A DNA stretch of 32,602 nucleotides from a virus (taxonomy: Duplodnaviria; Caudoviricetes), in the IMG/VR virus record IMGVR_UViG_3300027708_000214, positions 1 to 32,602 of that record, one strand, 5' to 3'. The notes under the pieces are model-generated. The model was not told the DNA's origin and did no database searches. It saw nothing but the letters and a program-made list of their open reading frames with translations. The first letter of the stretch is position 1; the number at the start of each line of letters is the position of its first letter. Below are positions 15,674-23,567 of this stretch, one piece after another. The translations under genes were made by a program, and so were the position numbers.

Positions 15674-16229
15674 AGTTTTAATTGCTTGCGAGTACAGCGG
15701 TACTGTACGGGATGCATTCATTGCTATGGGGCATGATGCAATGAGTTGTGATTTGCTGCCAACAGATGTTGCAGGGCCGCATTACCAAGGAGATGTTTTT
15801 GACATCATTAACGATGGTTGGGATTTGATGATTGCTCATCCTCCATGCACTCATCTTGCGGTTTCCGGTGCTAGACATTTTGCTGCTAAACAAGCAAGCG
15901 GTGTTCAGCAAGAGGCTTTAGCATTTGTTCAAGCCCTATTGGATGCACCGATTCCGTTTATTGCTCTTGAGAACCCGATTAGCATCATTAGCAGTCGTAT
16001 CCGCAAACCAGACCAAATCATTCAGCCTTGGCAGTTTGGTCATGGTGAAACGAAAGCCACTTGTCTTTGGTTGAAAAACTTGCCAAAGTTAGTGCCTACA
16101 GAAATTGTGGAGGGAAGAGAGGCTAGAGTTCACAAAATGCCACCTAGCCCATTACGCTGGAAATTGCGTTCAACAACTTATAAAGGCATAGCACAAGCAA
16201 TGGCAAAACAATGGAGTGCTAATGGCTAA
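15666..16229 (+). CDS. Short DNA cytosine-5 methyltransferase-like protein
   Basis: Motif I-like VLIACEYSG, catalytic HPPC, ENP, and C-terminal RS.TY.GIA.AMA.QW. Confidence 0.8.
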   Translation: MAKVLIACEYSGTVRDAFIAMGHDAMSCDLLPTDVAGPHYQGDVFDIINDGWDLMIAHPPCTHLAVSGARHFAAKQASGVQQEALAFVQALLDAPIPFIALENPISIISSRIRKPDQIIQPWQFGHGETKATCLWLKNLPKLVPTEIVEGREARVHKMPPSPLRWKLRSTTYKGIAQAMAKQWSANG

Positions 16230-17181
16230 TTTCATTCCTGACAACATTGACTTTTCGCAGTACCTTGCGGAGACGGACAGTAAGCAGAATGTCAAATCTG
16301 CCAATCTCTACATTCCGTCCATCAAAGAACGGATGAGAAGCATCTCTAAAGAGAAAAAACTTTGGATGCCTTGGGAGAAGACACGGGAATCGTTCTACTA
16401 TCGACCTGGTGAGATGACTGTCTATGCTGGCATGAACGGCCACGGCAAGTCTCAAGTAACGGCACAGATTGCTATGTCTCTGATGCAACAGGGCGAGAAG
16501 GTCTGCATGGCATCGTTTGAGATGAAACCCATTGAAACCATTCGCTTGATGAGCCGAATGTACATTGGCACGAATCCGTTCACAGAGGAGTACCAAAACG
16601 AAGAAGGCTTTGCGGTACTGGATGCCCTGTTTGACAAGTTCGGTGAGTGGTCAAATGACAAACTTTGGATTTATGACCAGATGGGCACGACCAACGTAGA
16701 AACAGTCGTTGGAATGACCCGATATTGTGGCAAAGAACTTGGCATAACTCATGTGTTTATTGACTCACTTATGAAGGTTGTTGGCTCTGAAGATGACATG
16801 AATGGGCAGAAGCAATTTGTTGGCGAATTGTTCAGCATAGCCAAGGATTTGCAACTGCACATACACTTGATACACCACATCCGAAAGCCTCAAAATGAAG
16901 CAGCATTGCCTGATAAATATGACCTAAAAGGCAGTGGTTCCATATCGGATCAAGTAGACAACATCTTTACTGTGTGGCGTAACAAGGGCAAAGAAGACGA
17001 TATGCGGAACGCTGGAAAGTTTGGTGGCAAGTCTGGTGAACACGATGGAATTTTGAAGTGCTGCAAGCAACGGCACTATGAAGGTTCAGGTGATGGTGAA
17101 CCGGCAATTGGTCTGTGGCTGCACAAAGACAGCGCACAGTTTTTAGGTAGTGCAACCGATTCACCGGCAGTCTATGAGTGA
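16222..17181 (+). CDS. DnaB/T7 gp4-like (SF4) replicative helicase without primase domain
   Basis: Walker A GMNGHGKS, SFEM, VFIDSL, HHIRK, DLKGSGSISDQVD, KQR. Confidence 0.9.
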   Translation: MANFIPDNIDFSQYLAETDSKQNVKSANLYIPSIKERMRSISKEKKLWMPWEKTRESFYYRPGEMTVYAGMNGHGKSQVTAQIAMSLMQQGEKVCMASFEMKPIETIRLMSRMYIGTNPFTEEYQNEEGFAVLDALFDKFGEWSNDKLWIYDQMGTTNVETVVGMTRYCGKELGITHVFIDSLMKVVGSEDDMNGQKQFVGELFSIAKDLQLHIHLIHHIRKPQNEAALPDKYDLKGSGSISDQVDNIFTVWRNKGKEDDMRNAGKFGGKSGEHDGILKCCKQRHYEGSGDGEPAIGLWLHKDSAQFLGSATDSPAVYE

Positions 17182-17377
17182 CCAAGCCCAGCTAGAGAAA
17201 GCAGAAGCACGAATCCTAGTGCCGTCCTACTATCGAACAGTAGAACTCATTGGGAAACCTGCTGCTGCCCTTTGGTTGACCAAGCAGATTAGACGCATTG
17301 AGAAGATGTACGGCCCAGGCTTTGAAGCCCGATGCCGTGCATATATGAGGGAAATAGATGATGAGGAATTGCTATGA
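17174..17377 (+). CDS. Hypothetical protein (67 aa)
   Basis: ATG at 17174 overlapping the helicase stop; stop overlaps rusA. Confidence 0.6.
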   Translation: MSDQAQLEKAEARILVPSYYRTVELIGKPAAALWLTKQIRRIEKMYGPGFEARCRAYMREIDDEELL

Positions 17378-17802
17378 CATTGCAGATTGAATTTACAGTC
17401 TTAGGCGACCCAAAAGGCAAGGGAAGGCCAAGGTTCTCAAGAGTCGGTAAGTTCACCAAGACTTACACCGATGCCAAGACCAAGATGTACGAAGACAAGA
17501 TTGCCAGTGCAGCAAGGCTTGCAATGTACCCACATGAGCCATTAACAACGCCTATAGCGATTTGGATGGAGATCAATGTACCAATCCCTACCTCCTACTC
17601 AAAAAAGCGTAAAGAAGCCTGTTTGTTAGGCGTAGAAATGCCTTGCAAAAAGCCCGACATAGACAATGTAGCTAAGGGCGTTCTCGATGCAATGAATGGG
17701 ATTGTATACAAGGACGATGTTCAGGTGATACGACTGACGCTACAGAAACACTACAGCACAGAACCAAGCGTCTATATCATGGTTCGTGAGTACCTGCCAT
17801 AG
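17374..17802 (+). CDS. rusA: RusA-family Holliday junction resolvase
   Basis: GKGRPRF and KPDIDNVAKGVLDAMNGIVYKDDVQV. Confidence 0.92.
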   Translation: MTLQIEFTVLGDPKGKGRPRFSRVGKFTKTYTDAKTKMYEDKIASAARLAMYPHEPLTTPIAIWMEINVPIPTSYSKKRKEACLLGVEMPCKKPDIDNVAKGVLDAMNGIVYKDDVQVIRLTLQKHYSTEPSVYIMVREYLP

Positions 17803-17855
17803 GTGAAAACCCCTAGTAAAAAAAGTGTTGTATCACACCCAAGTTGGGTTAGCAT
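17800..17855 (+). promoter_or_regulatory. Promoter with operator-like palindromes
   Basis: TAGG-N8-CCTAGTA at 17800, TTGTAT-N16-TAGCAT (17828-17855), palindrome ACCCAAgTTGGGT in the spacer. Confidence 0.5.
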
Positions 17856-17882
17856 AGAGCCTTCTTAACCAACGGAGATGTA

Positions 17883-18071
17883 ATGAAAAGTTTTGTAGAG
17901 ACGTTTATGGATGAGAGTGCAGACATGGAATACTGCGTTCATTGTCTTGAACCACGGCAAGGTTACTTTTGCTGCGGTCGTCAGAATCCTTATCTTGAGT
18001 TCAAGGATTTCAGCGAAAAAACTCAATTGGAAATTATGAAAGAGGAACTACGCAATGCATACGACTGCTAA
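17883..18071 (+). CDS. Small Cys-rich protein (62 aa)
   Basis: GGAG RBS, YCVHC...CCG. Confidence 0.65.
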   Translation: MKSFVETFMDESADMEYCVHCLEPRQGYFCCGRQNPYLEFKDFSEKTQLEIMKEELRNAYDC

Positions 18072-18654
18072 CATTTTTAGCCTGTTGACACTTAACGTCA
18101 ACGACCACACTGAAAAAAAGGCCAACCTGACGTACCTGTCATGGGCATGGGCTTGGGCAGAGGCACTCAAGGCCGACCCTAATGCTCACTACCAAGTACA
18201 GATGTGGGGCAAGCAAGGTGAAGAGAAATGCTACATGGACATTAACGGCACTTGCATGGTCTGGGTGACAGTCACCATGTTTGGCAAGCCAATGACCTGC
18301 CAGCTTCCTGTTATGGATCACCGCAACAAAGCAATCCCTAATCCTGATGCTTTCCAAGTCAATACCGCCATCATGCGTTGCATGACCAAAGCATTGTCTT
18401 TGCATGGACTTGGCCTGTACATCTATGCCGGTGAAGACTTGCCGGAGATGGACACAACACTTATTGACAACATTGCCTTGGCTATTCGCACAGCCTATGA
18501 AAACGGTGATGAAGCAGGAATGTATGGTGAATGGGAATCCATTACCGACAACGATGTTCGGACGGCAGTGTGGCAAGCACTGAAGCCGGATAGCAAAGTA
18601 CGCTCTGCAATCAAAGCGTACAAAGAGAAACTCACTACCACTAAAAGCAAATAA
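18055..18654 (+). CDS. Sak3/DUF1071-like single-strand annealing protein
   Basis: LTYLSWAWAW, LPVMDHRNKAI, NTAIMRCMTKAL.LHGLGLYIYAGEDLP. Confidence 0.88.
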   Translation: MHTTANIFSLLTLNVNDHTEKKANLTYLSWAWAWAEALKADPNAHYQVQMWGKQGEEKCYMDINGTCMVWVTVTMFGKPMTCQLPVMDHRNKAIPNPDAFQVNTAIMRCMTKALSLHGLGLYIYAGEDLPEMDTTLIDNIALAIRTAYENGDEAGMYGEWESITDNDVRTAVWQALKPDSKVRSAIKAYKEKLTTTKSK

Positions 18655-18944
18655 TGTTTATCTCCATTAAACACCACGAAGGCAAGTACCCTTCATTCAA
18701 CATCAATCTCCACAGCGAAGAGGGTGCAGAAGCATTCCTGTCTATCAAGGGCTGCTCTATCAAAAGCGGTGCTAAGGGTGATTTTCTTAGCTACCCTGCC
18801 CGTAAAAAAGATAATGGAACCTGGTGGAAACACGTTTGGGGCAGCGATAAGTTCAACGCTACCATTCTGAAGAAAGCACAACAGGCACAGCCAGCGGCAA
18901 AGCCCAAGGCCAAGCCTGAAATGGATGACGATCTCCCGTTCTGA
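18654..18944 (+). CDS. SpoVG-like single-stranded DNA-binding protein
   Basis: SIKG..I.SG.KG.F.SYPARK pattern, acidic DDDLPF tail, next to the recombinase. Confidence 0.75.
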   Translation: MFISIKHHEGKYPSFNINLHSEEGAEAFLSIKGCSIKSGAKGDFLSYPARKKDNGTWWKHVWGSDKFNATILKKAQQAQPAAKPKAKPEMDDDLPF

Positions 18945-18949
18945 TTTTC

Positions 18950-19017
18950 GGGGGGAAAGCGGATGCTGGTACAGGGGACTGCGGAACGGCGGTCAACCAG
19001 ACGCAGCGAGTACCCCC
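18950..19017 (+). ncRNA. Candidate structured RNA element
   Basis: Nested stems GGGGG/CCCCC, GC/GC, TGC/GCA, CTGGT/ACCAG and GACTGC/GCGGTC, with a purine-rich internal loop (GAAA/GAGUA). Confidence 0.55.
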
Positions 19018-19042
19018 ACCCATTTATTTTTATAGGATTTAT

Positions 19043-19348
19043 ATGACTACTTATGCCGATTTAGAAATGAAAATTATCCATTGGGCCGAGGCTCGAAAGA
19101 TTATTCCCAACAGTACACCAGCAACGCAATTGCTCAAGGCCGTTAGCGAAATGGGTGAATTGTCAGATGCCACCATCAAAAACCACGAAGATGAAATTAT
19201 TGACGCTGTGGGCGATGTGATGGTCTGCTTGGTGGTCTATTGCGCTTTGCGTGACATTAACTTGGTGTCTTGCATGGAAGTGGCTTACGACCAGATCAAG
19301 AACCGCAAAGGCATCTTGTTGCCCAATGGTGTGTTTGTCAAAGAATGA
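19043..19348 (+). CDS. MazG-like nucleotide pyrophosphohydrolase
   Basis: QLLKAVSEMGEL...IIDAVGDVMV...AYDQIKNRKG...NGVFVKE. Confidence 0.88.
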   Translation: MTTYADLEMKIIHWAEARKIIPNSTPATQLLKAVSEMGELSDATIKNHEDEIIDAVGDVMVCLVVYCALRDINLVSCMEVAYDQIKNRKGILLPNGVFVKE

Positions 19349-19497
19349 AAGCCGCTTATGACCTTGCTATCCGAGGTCTAGCAGCATTGGGGGCTTTCGC
19401 AGCCCTGATGTTTTGCCTTGGATACGCTTACGCATCTATCCCTCTAGTGCTGTCTAAGACTTGCACACCATCATTTATAGATAAATTAATCAAATGA
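19345..19497 (+). CDS. Small membrane protein (50 aa)
   Basis: ATGA overlaps at both ends; one hydrophobic helix. Confidence 0.6.
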   Translation: MKAAYDLAIRGLAALGAFAALMFCLGYAYASIPLVLSKTCTPSFIDKLIK

Positions 19498-19760
19498 TTC
19501 TTCAAGCCGGAAACCCAGACGCAATGAAACGCAAAGCAATGCGCGTCAACAAACAAGCAACTTTGTCATCATTTAACAATAGCACAGGCGACAAAGAGCA
19601 AAAGAAGTATCGCACAGGCTTTGTGCCTTTGCCCAAAGACCCTGATGCCGTACCAGCACCAACCATGAACCTGTGGGAGCGTCCTGTGTACAAGTCGCAG
19701 GAAGGCTATGTACGCCCAGGTGCTAACGATTTCTTGTCTATCAAAAGCAGGGGGTTGTGA
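19494..19760 (+). CDS. Hypothetical protein (88 aa)
   Basis: Operon coupling; ends RPGANDFLSIKSRGL. Confidence 0.65.
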   Translation: MILQAGNPDAMKRKAMRVNKQATLSSFNNSTGDKEQKKYRTGFVPLPKDPDAVPAPTMNLWERPVYKSQEGYVRPGANDFLSIKSRGL

Positions 19761-19852
19761 TGTGGCCTTTCCCACCATTTCCACGGCCTGTGCCTGCTAA
19801 AGAGCCGCCTGTTAAGTTCAATCCCGACAACTATGAGGAGTCCCCATTTTGA
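19760..19852 (+). CDS. Pro-rich peptide (30 aa, MWPFPPFP...EESPF)
   Basis: Not in the ORF track. TGATG coupling, AGGGGG RBS, stop overlaps the next start. Confidence 0.55.
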   Translation: MWPFPPFPRPVPAKEPPVKFNPDNYEESPF

Positions 19853-20181
19853 CTAAAGAAGAAGCATTGAAAGAAGCCTATGCAGCCTTAAAAGACATTG
19901 CGGAGAATGCAATATCCTTTGAAACTGGTTGGTGTGGTTCGTTGGCTGATCATGTGTTACCTGCCATTGAAGCAGCCCTAGCACAGCCAGCGCAGGAGCC
20001 TGACGAACTCACCATCGCCTACATGAGCGGACTTCTTGACGGCAAGAAACAGCGCCCGTGGGTGGGGCTGACGGATGAGCAGATTACAGAAATCTATACC
20101 AAATGGGAATCCACAAAAGGAACAAGTTGGGCTGATTTAATGAGAGCCGTCGAAGCCAAACTCAAGGAGAAGAACACATGA
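19849..20181 (+). CDS. Hypothetical mosaic-type protein (110 aa)
   Basis: TTG start with GAGGAG RBS; AQPAQEP, WVGLTDE and EAKLKEKNT segments. Confidence 0.7.
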   Translation: MTKEEALKEAYAALKDIAENAISFETGWCGSLADHVLPAIEAALAQPAQEPDELTIAYMSGLLDGKKQRPWVGLTDEQITEIYTKWESTKGTSWADLMRAVEAKLKEKNT

Positions 20182-20316
20182 CTGACACTTTGGAAAAAGA
20201 AATTCGCAAATTATTCGGCGGAAGTAGGCATCTAGAGCGGGATGAAATTGCTGATATTTTATTGTCGTTGCTCGCCCGAATCCAATACATCGAAGACAAA
20301 CTCAAGGAGAAGAACA
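20151..20316 (+). repeat. 26-nt direct repeat pair (20151-20176, 20291-20316)
   Basis: CGAAGcCAAACTCAAGGAGAAGAACA and CGAAGaCAAACTCAAGGAGAAGAACA, 25/26 identical. Confidence 0.9.
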
Positions 20317-20321
20317 GTTAA
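20178..20321 (+). CDS. Hypothetical protein (47 aa)
   Basis: Not in the ORF track. MTDTLEKEIRKLFGG...IEDKLKEKNS, AAGGAG RBS, coupled at both ends. Confidence 0.7.
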   Translation: MTDTLEKEIRKLFGGSRHLERDEIADILLSLLARIQYIEDKLKEKNS

Positions 20322-20569
20322 TGTATAGCTATAACAAAGAAGTACGAGAAGTATTAAGAGCGCATCCAGACGGCTTAACTTGCGCCCAAATCAATGAGAT
20401 CGTAAAAGCACCAGAGGGAAGGATTTTGGCAGTCGTTAAATCAATGCCAGACGCTTATATTGACCGCTGGCAGTATCGTGGCACACAAAAGTATCTTAGT
20501 GCTGTTTGGTGCGTTGTTAATGTTCCAGAAAATTGTCCAAAGCCCAATAAAAATGAAAAAACTACCTAA
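20321..20569 (+). CDS. Winged-HTH-like protein (82 aa)
   Basis: VREVLRAHPDGLTCAQI helix-turn-helix-like start and YIDRW strand. Confidence 0.6.
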   Translation: MYSYNKEVREVLRAHPDGLTCAQINEIVKAPEGRILAVVKSMPDAYIDRWQYRGTQKYLSAVWCVVNVPENCPKPNKNEKTT

Positions 20570-20753
20570 TTTTGCTGCGTGGAGTAATAAGAACTTAGCA
20601 GACTTTGCTATGGAAGCGCATATTCGTATGATTGAACAAGAGGAAGCAATAGAACAACTTAGAAATGATCTAAAGTTTGCTATTTCAGAGTTACGAAAAG
20701 GTACAATTTTGGAACATAAAGATGGTTACAAAATCGTCGTAAAAAATGTGTAA
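20553..20753 (+). CDS. Hypothetical coiled-coil protein (66 aa)
   Basis: ATG at 20553, PNFAAWS..NLA.FA.EA pattern. Confidence 0.6.
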   Translation: MKKLPNFAAWSNKNLADFAMEAHIRMIEQEEAIEQLRNDLKFAISELRKGTILEHKDGYKIVVKNV

Positions 20754-20799
20754 GATGTAATCACAGCGGTATTGCTGTGGTTAAACTTTGGAGATTACT

Positions 20800-21117
20800 A
20801 TGTTTTTTACTGTTGCTGTAGATTTGCCAGAAGGTGGTTTTTTTGAGTATTCCACCGAGTCCATTTTGCAGTTCTTGCAAGCGGTTCAAGCCTTTGGCAA
20901 TACCGACATTGAAGAAGTGGAAGATGATGAAGTGCAGGAATATGAGATTCCAGAAGACATTGATTACTACTTTGCCGAAGGCGAAGAGTACGTCTATGAC
21001 GAAGATTCTGAGTGCTTCTGCTGGTACGATGCCGAGCATGATGCTTGGTACTGGCTGGACGAAGAAGTCGGAGAGTGGCTGTTGGTAGAAGACGAAGCCG
21101 AAGCCGAAGAAGAATAA
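20800..21117 (+). CDS. Extremely acidic protein (105 aa), DNA-mimic candidate
   Basis: GGAG RBS; 37 of 105 residues are D/E, none are K/R; three 10-aa aromatic-acidic repeats. Confidence 0.75.
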   Translation: MFFTVAVDLPEGGFFEYSTESILQFLQAVQAFGNTDIEEVEDDEVQEYEIPEDIDYYFAEGEEYVYDEDSECFCWYDAEHDAWYWLDEEVGEWLLVEDEAEAEEE

Positions 21118-21129
21118 TAAACTCTATAA

Positions 21130-21174
21130 GAACAAAAGGCCCATTTATGTACGCATAGATGGGCTTTTTTGTTC
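21130..21174. terminator. Bidirectional intrinsic terminator
   Basis: AAAAGGCCCATTTATG-tacg-CATAGATGGGCTTTTTT between convergent genes. Confidence 0.85.
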
Positions 21175-21175
21175 C

Positions 21176-22126
21176 TTAGAGACCACTAACATCGATTACT
21201 TCCCCACGGAATTCAATCTTGCCGTCTTCCCATTTGTGGACAAGTTCAGGCCAAAGCAGCTTGCCATCTTTGATTGTCAGTACAGCAAACCCTGAACGGT
21301 GGTTCAACGGGTTGCCTTCACCGTACTCAAACTGAGGGCCATAGGGTTCTGCAAGAGTACCCGTATCCACGCCGAAACGGTTGCCGTTGTAGTCTGCAAA
21401 GGGTGTGACCTTCAGACTGTGCAAATGACCCGTTACGATGCTTTTACCAGCCCCTACGGTGTTGTTGTGGGAAGCGTGAATGCCACCTTTATAGCGGTGT
21501 TTGACAATAAGATCATCAGTCACCCAAGTAAGCATACAGAACTTCCAGTCGGGGAAGTGGTCTTCCAGCTTGAAGCCAGGAGTGTTGACGTACTGCGGAG
21601 CGTTGGCAGCAAGACGCATCTCAAATCGAGCATCGTGGTTGCCCATCGTATAGATCAGATTGGCGTTATGACGAGCCTTCTTTGTAAGTTCAGACACCTC
21701 CCCCAACATTTCTTTGCAGGTGTTGAGTTCTTCAATCAGACTAGGTGTACGACTCCATCCCAAAGGTGGATGGCGAGAGACAGATGCACCGTCAAAAGCA
21801 TCGCCATTGCAAATAACTGCTTTCGGTTGTAGCTTTTCAATTGCCCATAGTAAGCCCTGAAAAGCAGTAGTCCGTATCCCAGGCCAGAAATGAGCGTCAG
21901 AAAAAACAATAACTGTCCCATTCTCAATTCCTAGTTCAGATTTAGGTGCAGGTGGTGCCCAAGTTTTAACTTCTTTATGAGTCTCAAGGCTTATGTTGTA
22001 CTTTTGTGCAAGATTATCTCTACGCCGGTAAACATTGCGGAGATTTGTTCCCATTACTTTTGCCATAATGGCAGGTGATTTATGTTGCTTCCAAAGTTCA
22101 ATAAATTCAGCATCTGGCAAACTCAT
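21176..22126 (-). CDS. Calcineurin-like metallophosphoesterase with N-terminal HTH-like segment
   Basis: SDAH, NGDAFD, GNHD, KH and GHLH motifs; ATG at 22126 with AGGGG RBS. Confidence 0.88.
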   Translation of the reverse strand: MSLPDAEFIELWKQHKSPAIMAKVMGTNLRNVYRRRDNLAQKYNISLETHKEVKTWAPPAPKSELGIENGTVIVFSDAHFWPGIRTTAFQGLLWAIEKLQPKAVICNGDAFDGASVSRHPPLGWSRTPSLIEELNTCKEMLGEVSELTKKARHNANLIYTMGNHDARFEMRLAANAPQYVNTPGFKLEDHFPDWKFCMLTWVTDDLIVKHRYKGGIHASHNNTVGAGKSIVTGHLHSLKVTPFADYNGNRFGVDTGTLAEPYGPQFEYGEGNPLNHRSGFAVLTIKDGKLLWPELVHKWEDGKIEFRGEVIDVSGL

Positions 22127-22172
22127 TACATTACCCCTTTTGTTGAAACTTTTCGAACGTATCACACTTTTG

Positions 22173-22685
22173 TTACGTCAACATGGATGATGAGATTGTT
22201 TGTACAGAAGAGACACGATTAGACCAACCCTTACCAAACGTAGCAAAGGTCGGGAGGCTTTCTAAGAACTGAAGCCGCTTGTCGTTGTACAAGGCAAGGA
22301 TTCTTGCAAGTGGCGTTTCTTGTAAGGCAACGATTGTTTTGTATCCAATAACACCATCAGCCTGAACGCCTACAACTTCTTGAAGCCACTTTGCTGCACG
22401 ACCTGGCCCACTGTTGATGGCGGCATCAAAGACAGCGTAATCAAGGCCAGCAGGAAGTTGGTCGCCAGAAATCTTGTCCCAATACTTGCGCTTGTACAAA
22501 GGAGCAACGTCTTTGGGTGTCAAGGCTCGCATATCGGCTTCTGATACGGGATGACCAACAAACTCTTCCCAAGTTGCTTTAGTGCAACCTAGATTGGTCA
22601 TGCCGCCCGGGTCTTTGGGATGGTTAACAAAACCACCCTCTGATTGAAGAATATGGGCTAGTGCAGTTTCAAAGTTTTGGTTCAT
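22173..22685 (-). CDS. Endolysin, glycoside hydrolase family 108 with C-terminal peptidoglycan-binding domain
   Basis: EGGFVNHPKDPGGMTNLG, YKRKYW, FDAAINSGPGRA, FGKGWSNR. Confidence 0.93.
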   Translation of the reverse strand: MNQNFETALAHILQSEGGFVNHPKDPGGMTNLGCTKATWEEFVGHPVSEADMRALTPKDVAPLYKRKYWDKISGDQLPAGLDYAVFDAAINSGPGRAAKWLQEVVGVQADGVIGYKTIVALQETPLARILALYNDKRLQFLESLPTFATFGKGWSNRVSSVQTISSSMLT

Positions 22686-23086
22686 TTGGTTTTCATTGCG
22701 ATGATGTTTTCGAGAGTCTTACCGCCAAAGTAGGCCGACATGATGAGCATTCCCCATTGCCCCAAAAGATTGACGTAGCCTTCATTGGCGTTGTAGCCAA
22801 AAGCAGACATAAGAGCAAACAGGAAATAGCCCACGAAGATGGCTACAAGGCTCAATGGGCGAATATTTACAGCAAGCCAACTGTCAGTAGCAGCATCTGC
22901 TTTCCAGCGGTCTGTGACGTTGCTTTGTTCTGTTTTGTAAATGTCGGTTTCATTCGCCATTTTTGCGAGTTCACCGTTTTGAGCAAGAGTAGCCAGTTCA
23001 AGTTGCGCTTTGGCTTTTGCTTCTGGGTCGGGGATAAGTTTGTCAATCAGCTTATTACCAATGCCAAGAATTGAGTCTAATAACAT
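22682..23086 (-). CDS. Holin (GTA-type 3TM holin-like)
   Basis: KLIDKLIPDP, SWL..NIRP, two C-terminal hydrophobic helices, AYFGGKTLE; adjacent to the endolysin. Confidence 0.8.
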   Translation of the reverse strand: MLLDSILGIGNKLIDKLIPDPEAKAKAQLELATLAQNGELAKMANETDIYKTEQSNVTDRWKADAATDSWLAVNIRPLSLVAIFVGYFLFALMSAFGYNANEGYVNLLGQWGMLIMSAYFGGKTLENIIAMKTK

Positions 23087-23087
23087 A

Positions 23088-23567
23088 TCATTTCCTCATA
23101 AAATCAACGTATTCCGTAGTGCCCCACGCTACAAGTGCAATCAAAGCAATAGCGGCTACGATGTAAAACACCATAGACAAAGCCTCTTGAACTTCTTTGC
23201 GCTTTTTAGCCTTAGCTTTTTCCATAGCTATTTCCTCTGATTTACGCTTCTGAACAATGTTGTTGCGCTCCATAACGATGGCTTGCCATACGTCAGCTTG
23301 TCCAGACCAGATTAAATGTTGCTTGAGTTCGTTTTCAGCGTCTTGGAGTTGTTTGGCATGAAGGACTGCTTCAAAAGCCTGTGCGGTGTCAGACTTTGCA
23401 AAGCCTTTTTTTGGTGCTGAAGCTGCTTTGGCAACAACGTCTTTAGCCTCAAAGAACTTCATTAGGTCGCCACTCATGGCGTGAATGTCCTTGCCCATCT
23501 TAATGGCGGCTTGTACCCCTTTGATAGCGGCTTGAGCAGTAGCAAAGGCGGTTATGGGGTCTATCAT
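23088..23567 (-). CDS. Coiled-coil protein with C-terminal transmembrane helix
   Basis: MIDPITAFATA start; hydrophobic segment MVFYIVAAIALIALVAWG. Confidence 0.75.
   Translation of the reverse strand: MIDPITAFATAQAAIKGVQAAIKMGKDIHAMSGDLMKFFEAKDVVAKAASAPKKGFAKSDTAQAFEAVLHAKQLQDAENELKQHLIWSGQADVWQAIVMERNNIVQKRKSEEIAMEKAKAKKRKEVQEALSMVFYIVAAIALIALVAWGTTEYVDFMRK

Noticed and set aside
18950-19017. tRNA or intrinsic terminator
   Set aside because: No TTCRA T-loop or cloverleaf, and no U-tract directly after the stem.
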